Shown here one piece after another: positions 50,757 to 64,000 of a stretch of DNA of 64,000 bases. Numbering within the stretch: position 1 is the stretch's first letter; every line of letters begins with the position of its first letter. A program made the position numbers and the translations under genes. Below the pieces are notes generated by a model, which worked only from the letters and a program-made list of their open reading frames with translations, searched no databases and was not told where the DNA came from. Origin of the DNA: Octopus vulgaris (Eukaryota); contig OX597827.1 of NCBI GenBank assembly GCA_951406725.2, forward strand, positions 75,206,001 to 75,270,000, read 5' to 3'.

Positions 50757-52035
50757 TCATCGTCATCATAATCGTTACTGTTGTTTAACGTCCGCTTTCC
50801 ATGCTGGCATGGGTTGGACGGTTTGACCGAGGACTGGCAAGCCAGAAGGCTGCACCTGGCTCCAATCTGATCTGGTAAAGTTTCTACAGCTGGATACCCT
50901 TCCTAATGCCAACCACTCTGAGAGTTTAGTGGGTGCTTTCACATGCCCCCGGTATGAGGGCTAGTCAGGCGGTTCTGGCAACGACTGCACTCAAAAGATG
51001 TTTTTGTACATGCTATCTGCACAGGAGCCAGTCCGGCAGCACTGGCAATGACCACGCTCGAATGCTGTTTTTATTTTTTATGTGCCAGTTAGGTGATGCT
51101 GGCAACAATCATGCTCAAATGGTGCTTTTATGTGCCACCAGCATGGGAGCCAATCAGCAACCCTGGCAACGATCATGCTTTTAACTTTCCACTGGCATGA
51201 GTGCCAATCAGGCGGTACTGTCATCAGCCACGTCAGCAATTTCGATTTTGATTTTGATTTCACTTGCCTCAATAGGTCTTCAGAAGCAAAGTTTATTGTT
51301 CAATGAATGAGGGGTACTCATAAGTGGGCTGGTTACACCCACTGGCATAGGTCACAGTTTATGGTCTCACTTGGTTTGTCGGGTCTTCTCAAGCACAGCA
51401 TATCTCCAACAGGCTCGGTCACTAGTCATTGCCTCGGTAAGGCCCTCAAAGGTCATGCTTCACTACCTCATCCCAAGTCTGTCTGGGTCTACCTCTTCCA
51501 CAGGTTCCCTCTACTGCTAGGGTGTGACACTTTTTCACACAGCTGTCCTCATTCATTGTCCTCACACATGACCATACCAGCAGTCATCTCTCTTACACAC
51601 CACACCTGATGCTCACCACACCTGATGCTCTCTTACACACCACACCTATGCTCACTGACATTACACTCTATTGTGTATGCACACTGACATTACACATCCA
51701 GCAGAGCATACTGGCTTCATTCCTTATGCATGTCCTCAGAAGTCACGGCCCATGTTTCACTGCCATGTAGCATAGCTGTTTGTACACATGCATCATACAA
51801 TCTACCTTTTACTCTGAGCGAGAGGCCCTTTGTCACCAGCAGAGGTAGGAGCTCTATGAACTTTGCCCAAGCTGTTCTTATTCTAGCACTACACTTTCAG
51901 AGCATCCACCCCTGATACTGACTTGGTCCCCTAGGTAACAGAAGTTATCAACTACTTGTAGTTTTTCTCCCTGGAATGTGATGGAAGCTGATCTCTGCAC
52001 ATTTTCAGTGTTTATAGCACCTGTGCATTTGCCTG
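50757..52035 (-). mobile_element. RTE-clade LINE 3' portion with 3'UTR tandem repeats and a (GAT)n tail
   Basis: QGEKLQVVDNFCYLGDQVS..GGCSESV, RIRTAWAKFIELLPLLVTKGLSLRVKGRLYDACVQTAMLHGSETWAV. Confidence 0.85.
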
Positions 52036-52700
52036 AGTGAGAGATGGTAATGCAGATAAATGTGCTTAGGCTTGGTATATAAAATGTACATGCATACGTA
52101 TATGCATGTAAATATATATAGGGATATTGGGATATAGAGAGAGAGAAAAACAAAAACTGAAAATATTCGGAAGATAAACATTCATGTATAAGCATGTAAG
52201 TATTTATATGTTTAAAGAAGAGATTTATATGGAGTACAAAAGATAGAGAAAACTAAGGGGAGAGAGCATGGTATTTCAGGTCCGACAGCTGTTTCTGGGG
52301 TCTCAGAATTATGTAATGGTTGTAATGTTGGCAGATAGAGTGCGCAAAATGTCAAAGATATGCAACAAGTAGTGAATGCGTATAAACATTGCTATAAACC
52401 TGGAGTTCTATCTTCAGGGTGGAAAGACTGGCAATACTTCCACCCTGAAGATGGAGCCAGACATACTTGAATAAGCCATCAGGTAAAACTTAGTTCTAGT
52501 CAAACCAAATTTTATAATGTATGTATGTATGTATGTATGTATGTATGTATGTATGCATTTATGTATCTTTGTGTGCAAGTATGTATATATATGTGTGTAT
52601 GTGTGTTTCTATACATACCTATAAATATATACATATGTACACACTTATTTATACATGGATATATATATATATATTTGCACACACAAACACATAGACACAC

Positions 52701-52748
<48 letters not shown>

Positions 52749-53707
52749 ACACACATGCACACAGCCAACACACATACATCCAGTGTTGGCTGTTTGTGTT
52801 GGCAAGATACCAGCAGACTCCTCATGGCACCATCTCTGAAAGCCATAATGTCCACTGTGTTCACTTCTCATCCCCCACCTGCACCTCCACCCCCACCCAC
52901 CCCCGTGTGAGGGTGAGGCAAATGCCAGGAGCGGTAGTGGTGGTGGCAGTAGTAGGTGGAGGCGGTTGCTAATTTACTCACCTTATAATAGTTAGATCCA
53001 GAGATTTCAGTCGGTGGGGAATGAGGGCGGAGTACATTGAAGTTAGATAAACAAATATTGTACCAAAAGTAAGAATGGTAGTGGTGGTGGTGGTGAAGGT
53101 GTGGGAGTAGGAACAACAAGAGTGATGATGATGATGATGATGATGACGACGACAGTAATGATGATGATGTTGGTGATGATGATGATGTTGGCGACAGTGA
53201 TGTTGATGATGATGATGGTGATAGAGGCCTACGTTGCGTTTTAGCTGATGTTAATTATGTTGCTGTTTAACCCCAGGTCAACGCTCAATGAGCAATCCTA
53301 TGATCAAAGGTACTCAACGCATGACGGTCCCAACATTTATTCAGATAAAGTGTATCGAGGACTATATTACTTATATGCAGTTTAGGAGAGACTTGACTGC
53401 TCTTTGTAACAGATCAAGCGATTCGAAACTGGGACAATCTTGTTAGCTTTATAATGGTGGTGCTGTGATGGCGATGGTGATGGTGATGATGATGCTGAAA
53501 GTAATTGCAGTGGTGGGGGTGAGGAGGAGGAGGAGGAGGAAGAGGAGGAGAGAGGTGGGTGGGTTGGTGGGTGGATGGTGGCAGGGGAGGATACTAGCAA
53601 GATCATATTAAGTTTGACAAAATCAGATTTCACGAAGTGGAAACGTATATCTGAGAATTTTTAATGAGGAAAACAGTTGTTGTAGACGTTGGCAACTTTA
53701 TTGACTG

Positions 53708-53745
<38 letters not shown>

Positions 53746-53928
53746 ATGTGCGGGTGCATGAGTGTGTGCATATTAGTGCTTGTGCATGTGTGTGTTGATA
53801 TAAATATGTTATATACAGCTCACTGGATACATGTATGTGTGCAACTGTGTCAAACTATATATATAATATATATGTAATATATATGTGTGTGTGTGTGTAT
53901 GTGTATACATATGTGTGTTGTGTGTATG

Positions 53929-53969
<41 letters not shown>

Positions 53970-54171
53970 TACAAAATTAGAGAATGGAGAAACATACTTA
54001 AATCAGTAAAACATCAACTATCCGATGATACTCAATCCATACTTTAATACACCATTACATATGAGTAAAGGCAATATATAAAATGAAATGAGATATACAG
54101 TAATAGTAAAAGTAAAAAGATAAAGAGATATAAGTAAAAAATTTCAAATATAATATGCAAATAAATCAAAA

Positions 54172-54279
54172 CTGACAGCTGTTTCGGCAGTGAGGACAGT
54201 CATACCTCATTTAACCTATAAGCCATAAAGGCAGGTATAAATGAGGCATTAACAAGGATGCCCCACGGCCTCTTCAGAG
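54172..54279 (-). ncRNA. Hammerhead motif with intact core and 85-nt stem II, family H2
   Basis: Minus strand reads CT-CTGAAGA-GGCcGTGGGG..ATGCCTCATTTA...TAAATGAGGTAT..CCTCACtGCC-GAAAC-AGCT-GTC-AG. Confidence 0.65.
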
Positions 54280-54436
54280 AATTAAATTAAATTTGTTATA
54301 ATAGTGAAAAATATTATATAATCATATACATATAAATATAAAAATATAAAAATGTAAAATATAAAAACTTATACATCATAATGCTACACTTATATAATAA
54401 ATATATACATACATATATATATATATATATAACTGA

Positions 54437-54705
54437 TAGAAGCCCATCGTATATATGTATGTATATATATATATGCGTGTGTGTGTTTGTGTATCTGTGT
54501 TTGTCCCCCTAGCATTGCTTGACAACTGATGCTGGTGTGTTTATGTCCCCGTTACTTAGCGGTTCGGCAAAAAGAGACTGATAGAATAAGTACTGGGCTT
54601 ACAAAAGAATAAGTCCCGGGGTCGAGTTGCTCGATTAAAGGCGGTGCTCCAGCATGGCCGCAGTCAAATGACTGAAACAAATAAAAGAGTAAAAGAGTAA
54701 AAGAG
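54437..54705 (+). mobile_element. SINE family B, 3' half
   Basis: gaagcccatcgtatat...aaaagagtaaaagagtaaaagag tail. Confidence 0.85.
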
Positions 54706-54774
<69 letters not shown>

Positions 54775-55459
54775 CTTGTACCTTGGGAATATATATATAT
54801 ATATATATACATACACACACACACATTTATATACACACACATATAGACACACTCGCACATGCATACACACATATACATAAGTAAAGATCATATATGTTGT
54901 TGTGTGCGTGTGTGTGTGTATTTATATTCAACATACGCACATAACCACCCATACAAAACAGGCAACACTGCGCATACCGAAATGACCACAGAGCTGCACT
55001 CAGTTGTGCTGTTGAAACATCAAATACAGATATTTCTTCTTTGAAATATCAACACTAATGGTTTCTAAACGAGGCACAAGGCCAGCAACTTTGAAGTGAG
55101 GGTCTTACTCTCAATGCTACGAACCCCAGTATTTGACTAGTACACTGTTTTATTTTGCTGAAAGGTTGATCTTGGTAGGTTTTGAACTCAGAATGTAAAG
55201 AGCTGGGAGAAATAACTGGGTTTTTTTTTTTCTAGTGCTCTAACAATCCTACCTGCACACCACCTCAATAATGATTGTCAATTTTGTCAATAAGGTCTGA
55301 CCTATTGCTTGTGTTGCTTTGTTAAGCCTCTTGACCACTGGTTACCAAGGTATGACAGCCTATAGGCTATTGATTAATGAAGACATGATCATCACAAGAT
55401 GTGACATGCAATTTTCATTGATTAATTAGTACGCAATAATTTCATAATTTCATATATAG

Positions 55460-55620
55460 GTGCAGGCATGGCTGTATGGTAAGAAGCTTGCTTCCCAACC
55501 ATATGGTTCCGAGTTCAGTCTCACTGCATGGCACCTTGGGCAAGTATCTTCTACTATAGCCTTGGGCTGACCAAAGCCTTGTGAGTGGATTTAGTTGATG
55601 GAAACTGAAAGAAGCCCATC

Positions 55621-55696
<76 letters not shown>

Positions 55697-56345
55697 CTTT
55701 GTGTCTATGTTTGTGTCCACACCACCACTTGACAACCAGTCTTGGGGTGTTTGCATCCCTGTAACTTATCAGTTTGGCAAAAGATACTGACAGAATAAGT
55801 ACCAGGCTTTAAAAAATAAGCAGTGATGTCAATTCATTTGATTAAAACTTCAAGGTGGTGCCCCAGCATGGCCACAATCTAATGACTGATAAAAGAGACA
55901 TCTTTTTCGTCATTCCTCTCTGGACATTTCACCAATATTCAAGTTGACAGGAAAAAATAAAACAGATGCAGGCGTGGCTGTGTGGTAAGCAGTTTGCTTT
56001 CCAACAACATGGTCTCAGGTTCAATCTTACTGTGTCGCATCTTGGGCAAATATTGTATACAATATATATTTCTCTCTTTATTGCCCGCAGGGGGGTAAAC
56101 ATAGAGGTGGACAAATAAGGATAGACAAAGGGATTAAGTCGAGTACATCGACCCCAGTGCATAACTGGTACTTATTTAATTGACCCCCGAAAGGATGAAA
56201 GGCAAAGTCGACGTCGGCAGAATATGAACTCAGAATGTAACAAAATACTGCTAAGCATTCTTGCCTGGCGTGCAAATGATTCAGCCCTGGGCTGACTAAA
56301 ACCTTGTGAGTGGATTTTGCCAGACAGAAACTGAAAGAAGCTTAT
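55460..56345 (+). mobile_element. Cluster of family B SINEs with a family C copy (minus strand, about 56070-56280) nested inside
   Basis: Family B heads at 55461 and 55968; the second copy is interrupted and resumes at 56283. Confidence 0.75.
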
Positions 56346-56363
56346 CATACATATGTGTGTTTG

Positions 56364-56402
<39 letters not shown>

Positions 56403-56976
56403 CCCAACTTAAACTGATACAGTTTTTAGACCCAGTTTCGACATGTCATTTATAGATTTCAACTCATTGAATAGATTTATTGCTAAAACAAAAGATTCAA
56501 CTGTCCTCAAAATTGGTCATCAATAAGAAGAATAGGACAGTGTTGTTGAAGATAAGTATTGTGGGAAACAATGGTCAGAGGAGAGGAAAGCAGAGAATTG
56601 ACAGCTGTTTTTAGCATATCAAGTGACCACATCAACAATGCTTCATGAGTTTGCCCTACAAACAATGTTTTATAGGTGGTCATCCGACCCTGAGTTCTTT
56701 CCATGTTCTGTTTCTCCCATCTAGCACAGACAACACATCCAGCATTTTGCCAAATCAAATGAATTACATATTTTTATTTAGCTGATAATTACTTAAAAAA
56801 GATTTTTGATTTTACTAGGAGAAAATCTGAATGTCTGTTGTTCTTCTCTCTGTTCTTGGTAGGGCTGAGTGGCTCAGATAATTTATTTGTACATGTGGAT
56901 GAGGTAAATATTGGTTTGAGAATTGTGGCACAGTGGATGAAAGATAAAGTTGACCTTGGCAGAATAACTCTGATTG

Positions 56977-57113
56977 TAAAGGTATACTAAATACCATACA
57001 AGATCATTCCTTTAACAGAGAGTAAAATAAAATGCTTTGTGGCAGTGGTGGCTAAAACTCTAAATCCGACAGGAAGATAATCTCAAGAATTGATTTATGC
57101 ATGTTTGAGTGTG

Positions 57114-57148
<35 letters not shown>

Positions 57149-57573
57149 ATGTGTGTGTGTGTGTGTGTATGTTTGTGTGTGCTCACCTTTCTGAAAGCTA
57201 AATATTGGAAGTCCTTTACACACACACACACACACACAAGGGCATGCACACATGCCTATGAATATATACACTCACACTCACACACACAAATACACACACA
57301 CACACATACATACACACACAGCCCTACACACACACATGCACACTCACACACACATGCACACACTCACACACCTACACACTCACACACCTACACACACACA
57401 TGCACACATTCTCACACACAGCCACCCTCCCCACCCAAAACACACACATTCAAACATGCATAAATCAATTCTTGACATTATCTTCCTGTCGGATTTAGAG
57501 TTTTAGTCACCACTGCCACAAAGCTTTTTTCTTTACTCTCTCTTGATCTTGTATGGTATTTAGTATACCTTTA
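56977..57573. repeat. Fold-back structure of about 600 bp: unique arms of about 130 bp plus inner (TG)n and (CA)n
   Basis: taaaggtatactaaataccatacaagatca...ttatgcatgtttga pairs with tcaaacatgcataa...tgatcttgtatggtatttagtataccttta. Confidence 0.9.
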
Positions 57574-58194
57574 TTTCATCTTTGCAGCCAAATAATCATA
57601 CCACTGGCCATTCTGCATTATCTCTCTTTGCTCCTTTCTGTGTAAACTCTGCAAAAATACAAAAACTTTTTTACTCTTTGTGTATGTCTAAGTGTTGTGC
57701 CTAATGGAGCCAAGTTAGAACACAAGGCCACAGGTGTTTTCTTGTCTCCAAGCAATCAGGCAGGGTTTTTGGGGGGAAGGTAGGGTGCGTAATAAAGGGT
57801 ATGCCTACTGAGGAAGTTTTTGATTCTTGAGATTATCTCCCCTTCCCATTTGCAGTTGGCTGCAACTGCCACTAGGCATTAAGACTGCTCTTCTTTCCAA
57901 GAGAAGATAATTTCAATAAAACAACAATTTATCTTGTAGGGTGTGTAATATACGTTTATTTGTCTTTTGTGAGTGTGTATACACCCATACATACATACAC
58001 GCACACACACGCATGTGGTGTGTGACTGAGTAGACAAACAGAAGACAGACAGACAGACACAGTGTGTGTGTGTGATTGAGTTGACAAATGAAAGAAAAGT
58101 GCACTCAACACATGCAATTGGAGTTACATGTATTATTTAAAACAGTTTGAGGCTAAATCAGACTGTTTTAATATATATATATATATATATATAT

Positions 58195-58349
58195 AAACAA
58201 TTGCAGCGTGGAAGGTGTTTGTAAGCCATTTAAGAAACACACAGCGACGAAAATATTTTGACAAATTAAACTTAAATGTTGAAGTGAATCGAACGGCTTT
58301 TGTGTGTTTCTTAAATGGCTTACAAACACCTTCCACGCTGCAATTGTTT
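58195..58349. repeat. Perfect 49-bp inverted repeat
   Basis: Arms 58195-58243 and 58301-58349. Confidence 0.9.
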
Positions 58350-58403
58350 TCGTTTCAGCACATGATCTCAGATCAAATCACTTGCTATGCGAGTACATCT
58401 CCC

Positions 58404-58447
<44 letters not shown>

Positions 58448-58516
58448 TTCACACTCATATATGTGCAGAGGGAGAGAGAAAAAGATTGAAAAATATATAC
58501 TTGTGAATAATATATT

Positions 58517-58557
<41 letters not shown>

Positions 58558-58640
58558 CATTTCATAAACTGCTGAAATTGTTTTCTGTATATCTACTACT
58601 TTCTATAAGCATATAAATTTGCTTCTTTCGTTCACCACTG

Positions 58641-58692
<52 letters not shown>

Positions 58693-59183
58693 TTTCCCTC
58701 TTTCTCTCTCTTTCCCTCTCTTTCTCTCCCCTACTCCCTCCATTCTCCAGTGCTCAATATGCATAATTTTATTCCCACACTACAATCTATATACCAGTAG
58801 GGACATGACACCACTCAACTACCCTTATCAGACTAGTCTATTGGTATTGGTATTAAGGTTGGCGTAGCGGTGCCGGCGACGGTGGGGGCCAGTGGGTTGT
58901 TGAGGGCAGTAGTGATAATTTATGTATTACATTTGTCAGGATTTATTTAATTTTATGCACACAAGCCCATACATACATATAGTCACATGAAATGTGCATG
59001 TGCATTTGTGTGTGTGTGTGTGTGTGTGTGTGCACCTGTATGTGACTTTGTATCTGTTTGTTGCTCCACCTCCTACAACTTTACAGCCAGGAGTTAGCTT
59101 GTTTACTTCTCTGTAACTTCACAGTTCAGCCAAGAGACTAATAGACTAAGTGCCTACTTAAAAAAATAAGTATATATATATAT

Positions 59184-59565
59184 GAGTGGCTGTGTGGTAA
59201 GGAGCTTGCTTACCAACCACATGGTTCCAGGTTCAATCCCACTGCATGGCGCCTTGGGCAAGTGCCTTCTATTATAGCCTCAGGCCAATCAAAGCCTTGT
59301 AAGTGGATTTGGTAGACAGAAATTAAAAGAAGCTCATATGTGTATGTGTGTATTTGTGTGTCTGTTTTTGTCCCCCCCCCCCACCATCGCTTGACAACTG
59401 ATGTTGGCTTGTTTACGTCCCTGTAACTTAGCAGTTCAGTAAAAGACACCGATAGAATAAGTACGAGGCTCACAAAGAATAAGTCCTGGGATCGATTTGT
59501 TCAACCAAAGGCAGTGCTCCAGCATGGCTGCAGTCAAATGACTGAAACAAACAAAGATTTAAAAG
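59184..59565 (+). mobile_element. SINE family B
   Basis: gagtggctgtgtggtaag...aaatgactgaaacaaac. Confidence 0.85.
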
Positions 59566-59991
59566 AATATATTATCACCGGCACATTATCATCATCATCA
59601 TTTTAAGTTCCCTCTCCATGCTGACATCTGTTAGACAGGTCACCATGGTCTGAGTTGGCACATAATCAAAGGTACTTCTTTCTTAGATGGGCCAGAGCTC
59701 TCTACCTTGCTCATATGGTTCATGCTTGACATGATTTCTGTTGTTGTATGCTCTTTCTAATACCAATCACAGAATGTAATGAGTATATCTTTCCCCACCA
59801 CTGACACCAGGGAGGTTATCATGTACTTGACATAACTTACGAATGGTCCTCTTCAGCTCACGTATCTGCTCTCTTGCCAGCGACTTCTCAGAGTAAGAGG
59901 CATGAATGAGAGAGATGAGTGATAAGAGATAAGAAGGATGTGTGTGAATATCACTTTAGTATACAAGTGTGTGCCTGCTTCATTATACATA

Positions 59992-60470
59992 CAGGTGTGG
60001 CTGTGTGGTAAGTAGCTTGCTTCCCGACCATATGGTTCAAGGTTCAATCCCACTGCGTGGCACCTTGGGCAATTGTCTTCTACTATAGCCTTGGGCAGAC
60101 CACAGCTTTGTAGTGGATATGGTAGATGGAAACTGAAAGAAGCTCATCACATAGAGGCATGTGTGTGTGCATCCGTGTGTGTGCATGTGCATGTGTGTGC
60201 ATGTGTGTGCATGTGTGTGTGTGTGTTTTATGTCTGTGTTTGTCCCCCACTACTGCTTAACAAGCAGTGTTTGTTTGTTTACATCCCTGTAACTTAGCAG
60301 CATGGCAAAAAAGAAAAAAAGACTGATATAATAAGTACCAGTTTTATAAAAAAAAAAAAGTAAAAGAAAAAGAAAAGAAAATAACAAGTACTGAATATGA
60401 TTCGTTTGACCAAAATTCTGCAAGGCAGTGCCCCAGCATGGCCACAGTTCAGTGACTGAAACAGGGAAAA
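59992..60470 (+). mobile_element. SINE family B
   Basis: caggtgtggctgtgtggtaagtagc...gtgactgaaacag. Confidence 0.8.
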
Positions 60471-60694
60471 TGAAAAACAAGAAGTGTGTGCAAGCTTCTT
60501 TACTCTTTGTGCGTGGTGGTGGTGGCGGCGGCAGCAGCGGTGGTGTGGTGTGTGGGGGGGGGAGAATGCTGTATGTATATGTAATCATAACTATGTTCAA
60601 GTTAGGAACACTAACAGAGGAATATTTGGGATGTTTTACAAATTTTCCCTGTTCCACTCACAAGTTGAGTGCATTTGAGGGATGCAAATCAGTT

Positions 60695-60725
<31 letters not shown>

Positions 60726-60869
60726 TTTTGTTGAAGAACACCAGTATTTCGGGACTTTCTATGCAAATCTGCTGCAGCATGGTCCAGTATATCTACAATA
60801 GAAAAAAAAACACAAATGGAAATCTATAGCCTGGACATAACAGCTGTTTTTCATTGTTTGCATATATAT

Positions 60870-61010
<141 letters not shown>

Positions 61011-61053
61011 ATATATATATGTATATATATATATGTATATATGTATATATATA

Positions 61054-61129
<76 letters not shown>

Positions 61130-61987
61130 TGTATGTATGTATGCATGTATGTATGTATGTGTGTGTATGTATGCATTTATACATGTATATATGCATTAAA
61201 TCATTACACTTGTTATGCTCTATGGCATTTTCAACGGAATTAAACATTAACGAAGATATAGAATATACATTTAATTTTATGTGCTTCTCTGTATGTGCGC
61301 GCACGTGTGTGTGTGTGTGTTAAAAAAAAATATATATATACGTGTGTGTGAGTGCATATATATATACGTATGTATGTATATATATGTGCATATAGATATA
61401 TATTATATTACACACATTTTTACGTACATTATCACATTATTGTTCATTAACATGTTTAATTTGTTGGAAATGCCATGGAGCATAACAAGTGAAATGATTT
61501 AATATATGCATATACACACATGTAATATGCACATGTGTGTGTTAGCATCTGTGTATGTATGAATGCACACATGCATTCATGCATGATATATGTATGCATA
61601 TTCGTCACTACGCTGATGTAGCCCTTTCAGTCAGCTAAAAAACCTGTTCAGTAACTCGCATGTTACAAAAGTGTGTTCACAACTATTGAAATAGTTGAAA
61701 TATGTACGAGAAGAGAGAAGAACGTGTTGTAGGTGGGTGTTGACTGTTTTTACACACCACCACAAACAACTAACACCACCACCACCACTGCCATCGCCAC
61801 TGCCATCGCCGCCACCACCACCACCACCGCCGCCTCCACACATGGTTACACCCATAAATGTGTCTAACGCAGTATGGCATACCTCTCTGACACACAAACA
61901 CTTATACAGATATAAAATCTCTTACGCGCAAAAGTTCCTTTGCAATACACATAATATATCATATATCCATTGCGTTCGTATACATGC

Positions 61988-62033
<46 letters not shown>

Positions 62034-62139
62034 TATATACACACATATATATGTGTATATGCATACATATATATATGTATGTATATATATATATATTTAT
62101 ATATATACATATATATATGTATGTATATATATATATGTA

Positions 62140-62172
<33 letters not shown>

Positions 62173-62210
62173 TTATATACATATATATACATTTATATAT
62201 GCATTTATAT

Positions 62211-62257
<47 letters not shown>

Positions 62258-62328
62258 CACACATACATACATATAAATGTTTGTATATGCATGTATATAT
62301 ATATATACATATATGTATGTATATACAG

Positions 62329-62359
<31 letters not shown>

Positions 62360-62875
62360 CTTTCATAAATATGCATATATGTATATATACATATGCACAT
62401 AGATGCAGACATCACATGCACACACACACATCTTTATGTGTGTATATATATATGTATGCATGTACATGTGTGAGGATGAGATAGTTATGATCAAACGATC
62501 TAAAAGACCACACTTCAATGAAAATCTTGATACATTCTAAACAGGGTGAATGTAAATGTATTTAGTTATGTATGTATGTACATACGAATGTATGCATATG
62601 TGTGTGAATGTATGTGCATTTGTATGTATGTCAATATATTTTCATGTTAATGTATGAGTGTGTGTGTCTGTGTGTGCCTGTGTGTATGTAAAAAATAAGT
62701 TTTCATTGCATAAGTACAAATGTACACAGAAATCCATGTACACTATAGCATAGACACACACTTACACATCACCCATATACATACATTATCCCCATCAGTT
62801 GAATGTCAATTTTTACTTGCTGGCATTTTCTATCTCTGCCGTTTCCCATCTATCCCCTGACTATACCCATCCTTC

Positions 62876-62915
<40 letters not shown>

Positions 62916-62916
<1 letters not shown>

Positions 62917-63218
62917 CATCATCATCATCCTCATCGTTTAACGTTCGCTCTCCATGCTAGCATGGGTTGGACGATTTGACTGAGGACTGGCGAACCAGAT
63001 GGCTGCACCAGGCTCCAATCTGATCTGGCAGAGTTTCTAACGCCAACCACTCCGAGAATGTAGTGGGTGCTTTTACGTGCCACCAGCTCACGTGCCAGTC
63101 AGGCGGTACTGGCAACGGCCATGCTCAAGTGGTGCTTTTTACGTGCCACCTGCACAGGAGCCAGTCCAGCGGCACTGGCAACAACCTCGCTCGAATGTTT
63201 TTCATGTGCTACCGGCAC
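62916..63218 (-). mobile_element. RTE 3'UTR fragment
   Basis: Homologous to 50770-51200. Confidence 0.75.
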
Positions 63219-63327
63219 CCATATATACAAATATACATATATCTATGTTTAATAGATATACTCATAGATCATTAGCTCCTTCACGCATTTTTCTCTCTCC
63301 TTGTTTCTCTCCTTTTTTTTCTGTGTA

Positions 63328-63365
63328 TCTTTCTGTCGAAGAGCATATGCTCGAAATGTAAAAGA
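63328..63365 (+). ncRNA. Hammerhead-like motif with CUGUCGA core in a short pLTR-like element (about 63255-63475)
   Basis: TCTTT-CTGTCGA-aGAGCATATGCTC-GAAAT-GTA-AAAGA. Confidence 0.5.
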
Positions 63366-63480
63366 CTTGTTCTATTTCTATTCCTTGAGCACCATACTAA
63401 TACATTTGTTTGTTTGTACTCCACCTGCCTTCGTCTTTTGTTTATTTTCGTAAACCTTCCCGTTATATATATATAACTCT

Positions 63481-63799
63481 ATGCTGGTGGCACGTAAAAA
63501 GCACCATCCAAACATGGCCGATGCCAGTGCCGCCTTGACTGGCTTCCATGCTGGTGGCATGTAAAACCCACCAACCGATAGTGTCTGTTGCCAGCCTCCC
63601 CTGGCACTTGTGCCAGTAGCACATAAAAAGCACCCACTACACTCATGGAGTGCTTGGAGTTAGGAAGGGCATCCAGCTGTAGAAACACTGCCAGATCAGA
63701 CAGGAGCCTGGTGCAGCCTTCTGGCTTCCCAGACCCTGGTTGAACCGTCCAACCCATGCTAGCATGGAAAACGGACGTTAAACAATGATGATGATAATG

Positions 63800-63800
<1 letters not shown>
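63481..63800 (+). mobile_element. RTE 3'UTR fragment, inverted relative to 62916-63218
   Basis: gctggtggcacgtaaaaagcacc repeats, then ccaacccatgctagcatggaaaacggacgttaaac and (gat)n. Confidence 0.75.
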
Positions 63801-63840
<40 letters not shown>

Positions 63841-64000
63841 TCACACACACATGTGTATATATATATATGTGAGTGCATATATATAAAAACACACATGGTG
63901 CTATCAGTGCTAAAACTATCTAAACTCAAAAGGGATTACCTCATCTTTAATTTTCTTCAGTTTACCACAGTCTCATGCATATACTCTTTACTAGAATTCC

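Noticed and set aside
50930-51240. Repeat-spacer-like array (gtgccac/ggcactggcaacga units), also at 63060-63220 and 63481-63640
   Set aside because: These are degenerate tandem units in the RTE 3'UTR. There are no constant repeats with unique spacers, no cas genes, and the context is eukaryotic, so it is not CRISPR.

Overview
Eukaryotic, AT-rich, extremely microsatellite-dense DNA ((TA)n, (CATA)n, (TG)n, (GATA)n, (GGT)n, (CT)n). The SINE families and repeat landscape point to a coleoid cephalopod, most likely Octopus; this is an inference from recognised repeat families, not a database result. Nearly all ORFs in the supplied track are microsatellite artefacts. The recognisable content is decayed transposons: two Penelope-like (GIY-YIG) 3' ends, an R4/Dong-like RLE non-LTR fragment, several RTE LINE pieces, a Gypsy RT/RNaseH remnant, mariner/Tc1 fossils, hAT and piggyBac-type MITEs, and three abundant tRNA-derived SINE families, some with clear TSDs. 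The strongest hidden signal is about a dozen type I hammerhead ribozyme (HHR) motifs of several families on both strands. They include Penelope pLTR copies, short non-autonomous elements in (TA)n, variants with an 85-100 nt stem II, and one fused to a tRNA-like Pol III promoter. Also seen: a candidate signal-peptide first exon (16693-16767, +), a candidate recursive splice site 33 kb downstream (AG/GTAAGT at 49916), decayed minus-strand remnants of a secreted G-G-Q-G-H-N-repeat/Cys-rich protein gene, and many near-perfect fold-back palindromes. No complete intact protein-coding gene could be assembled by eye.
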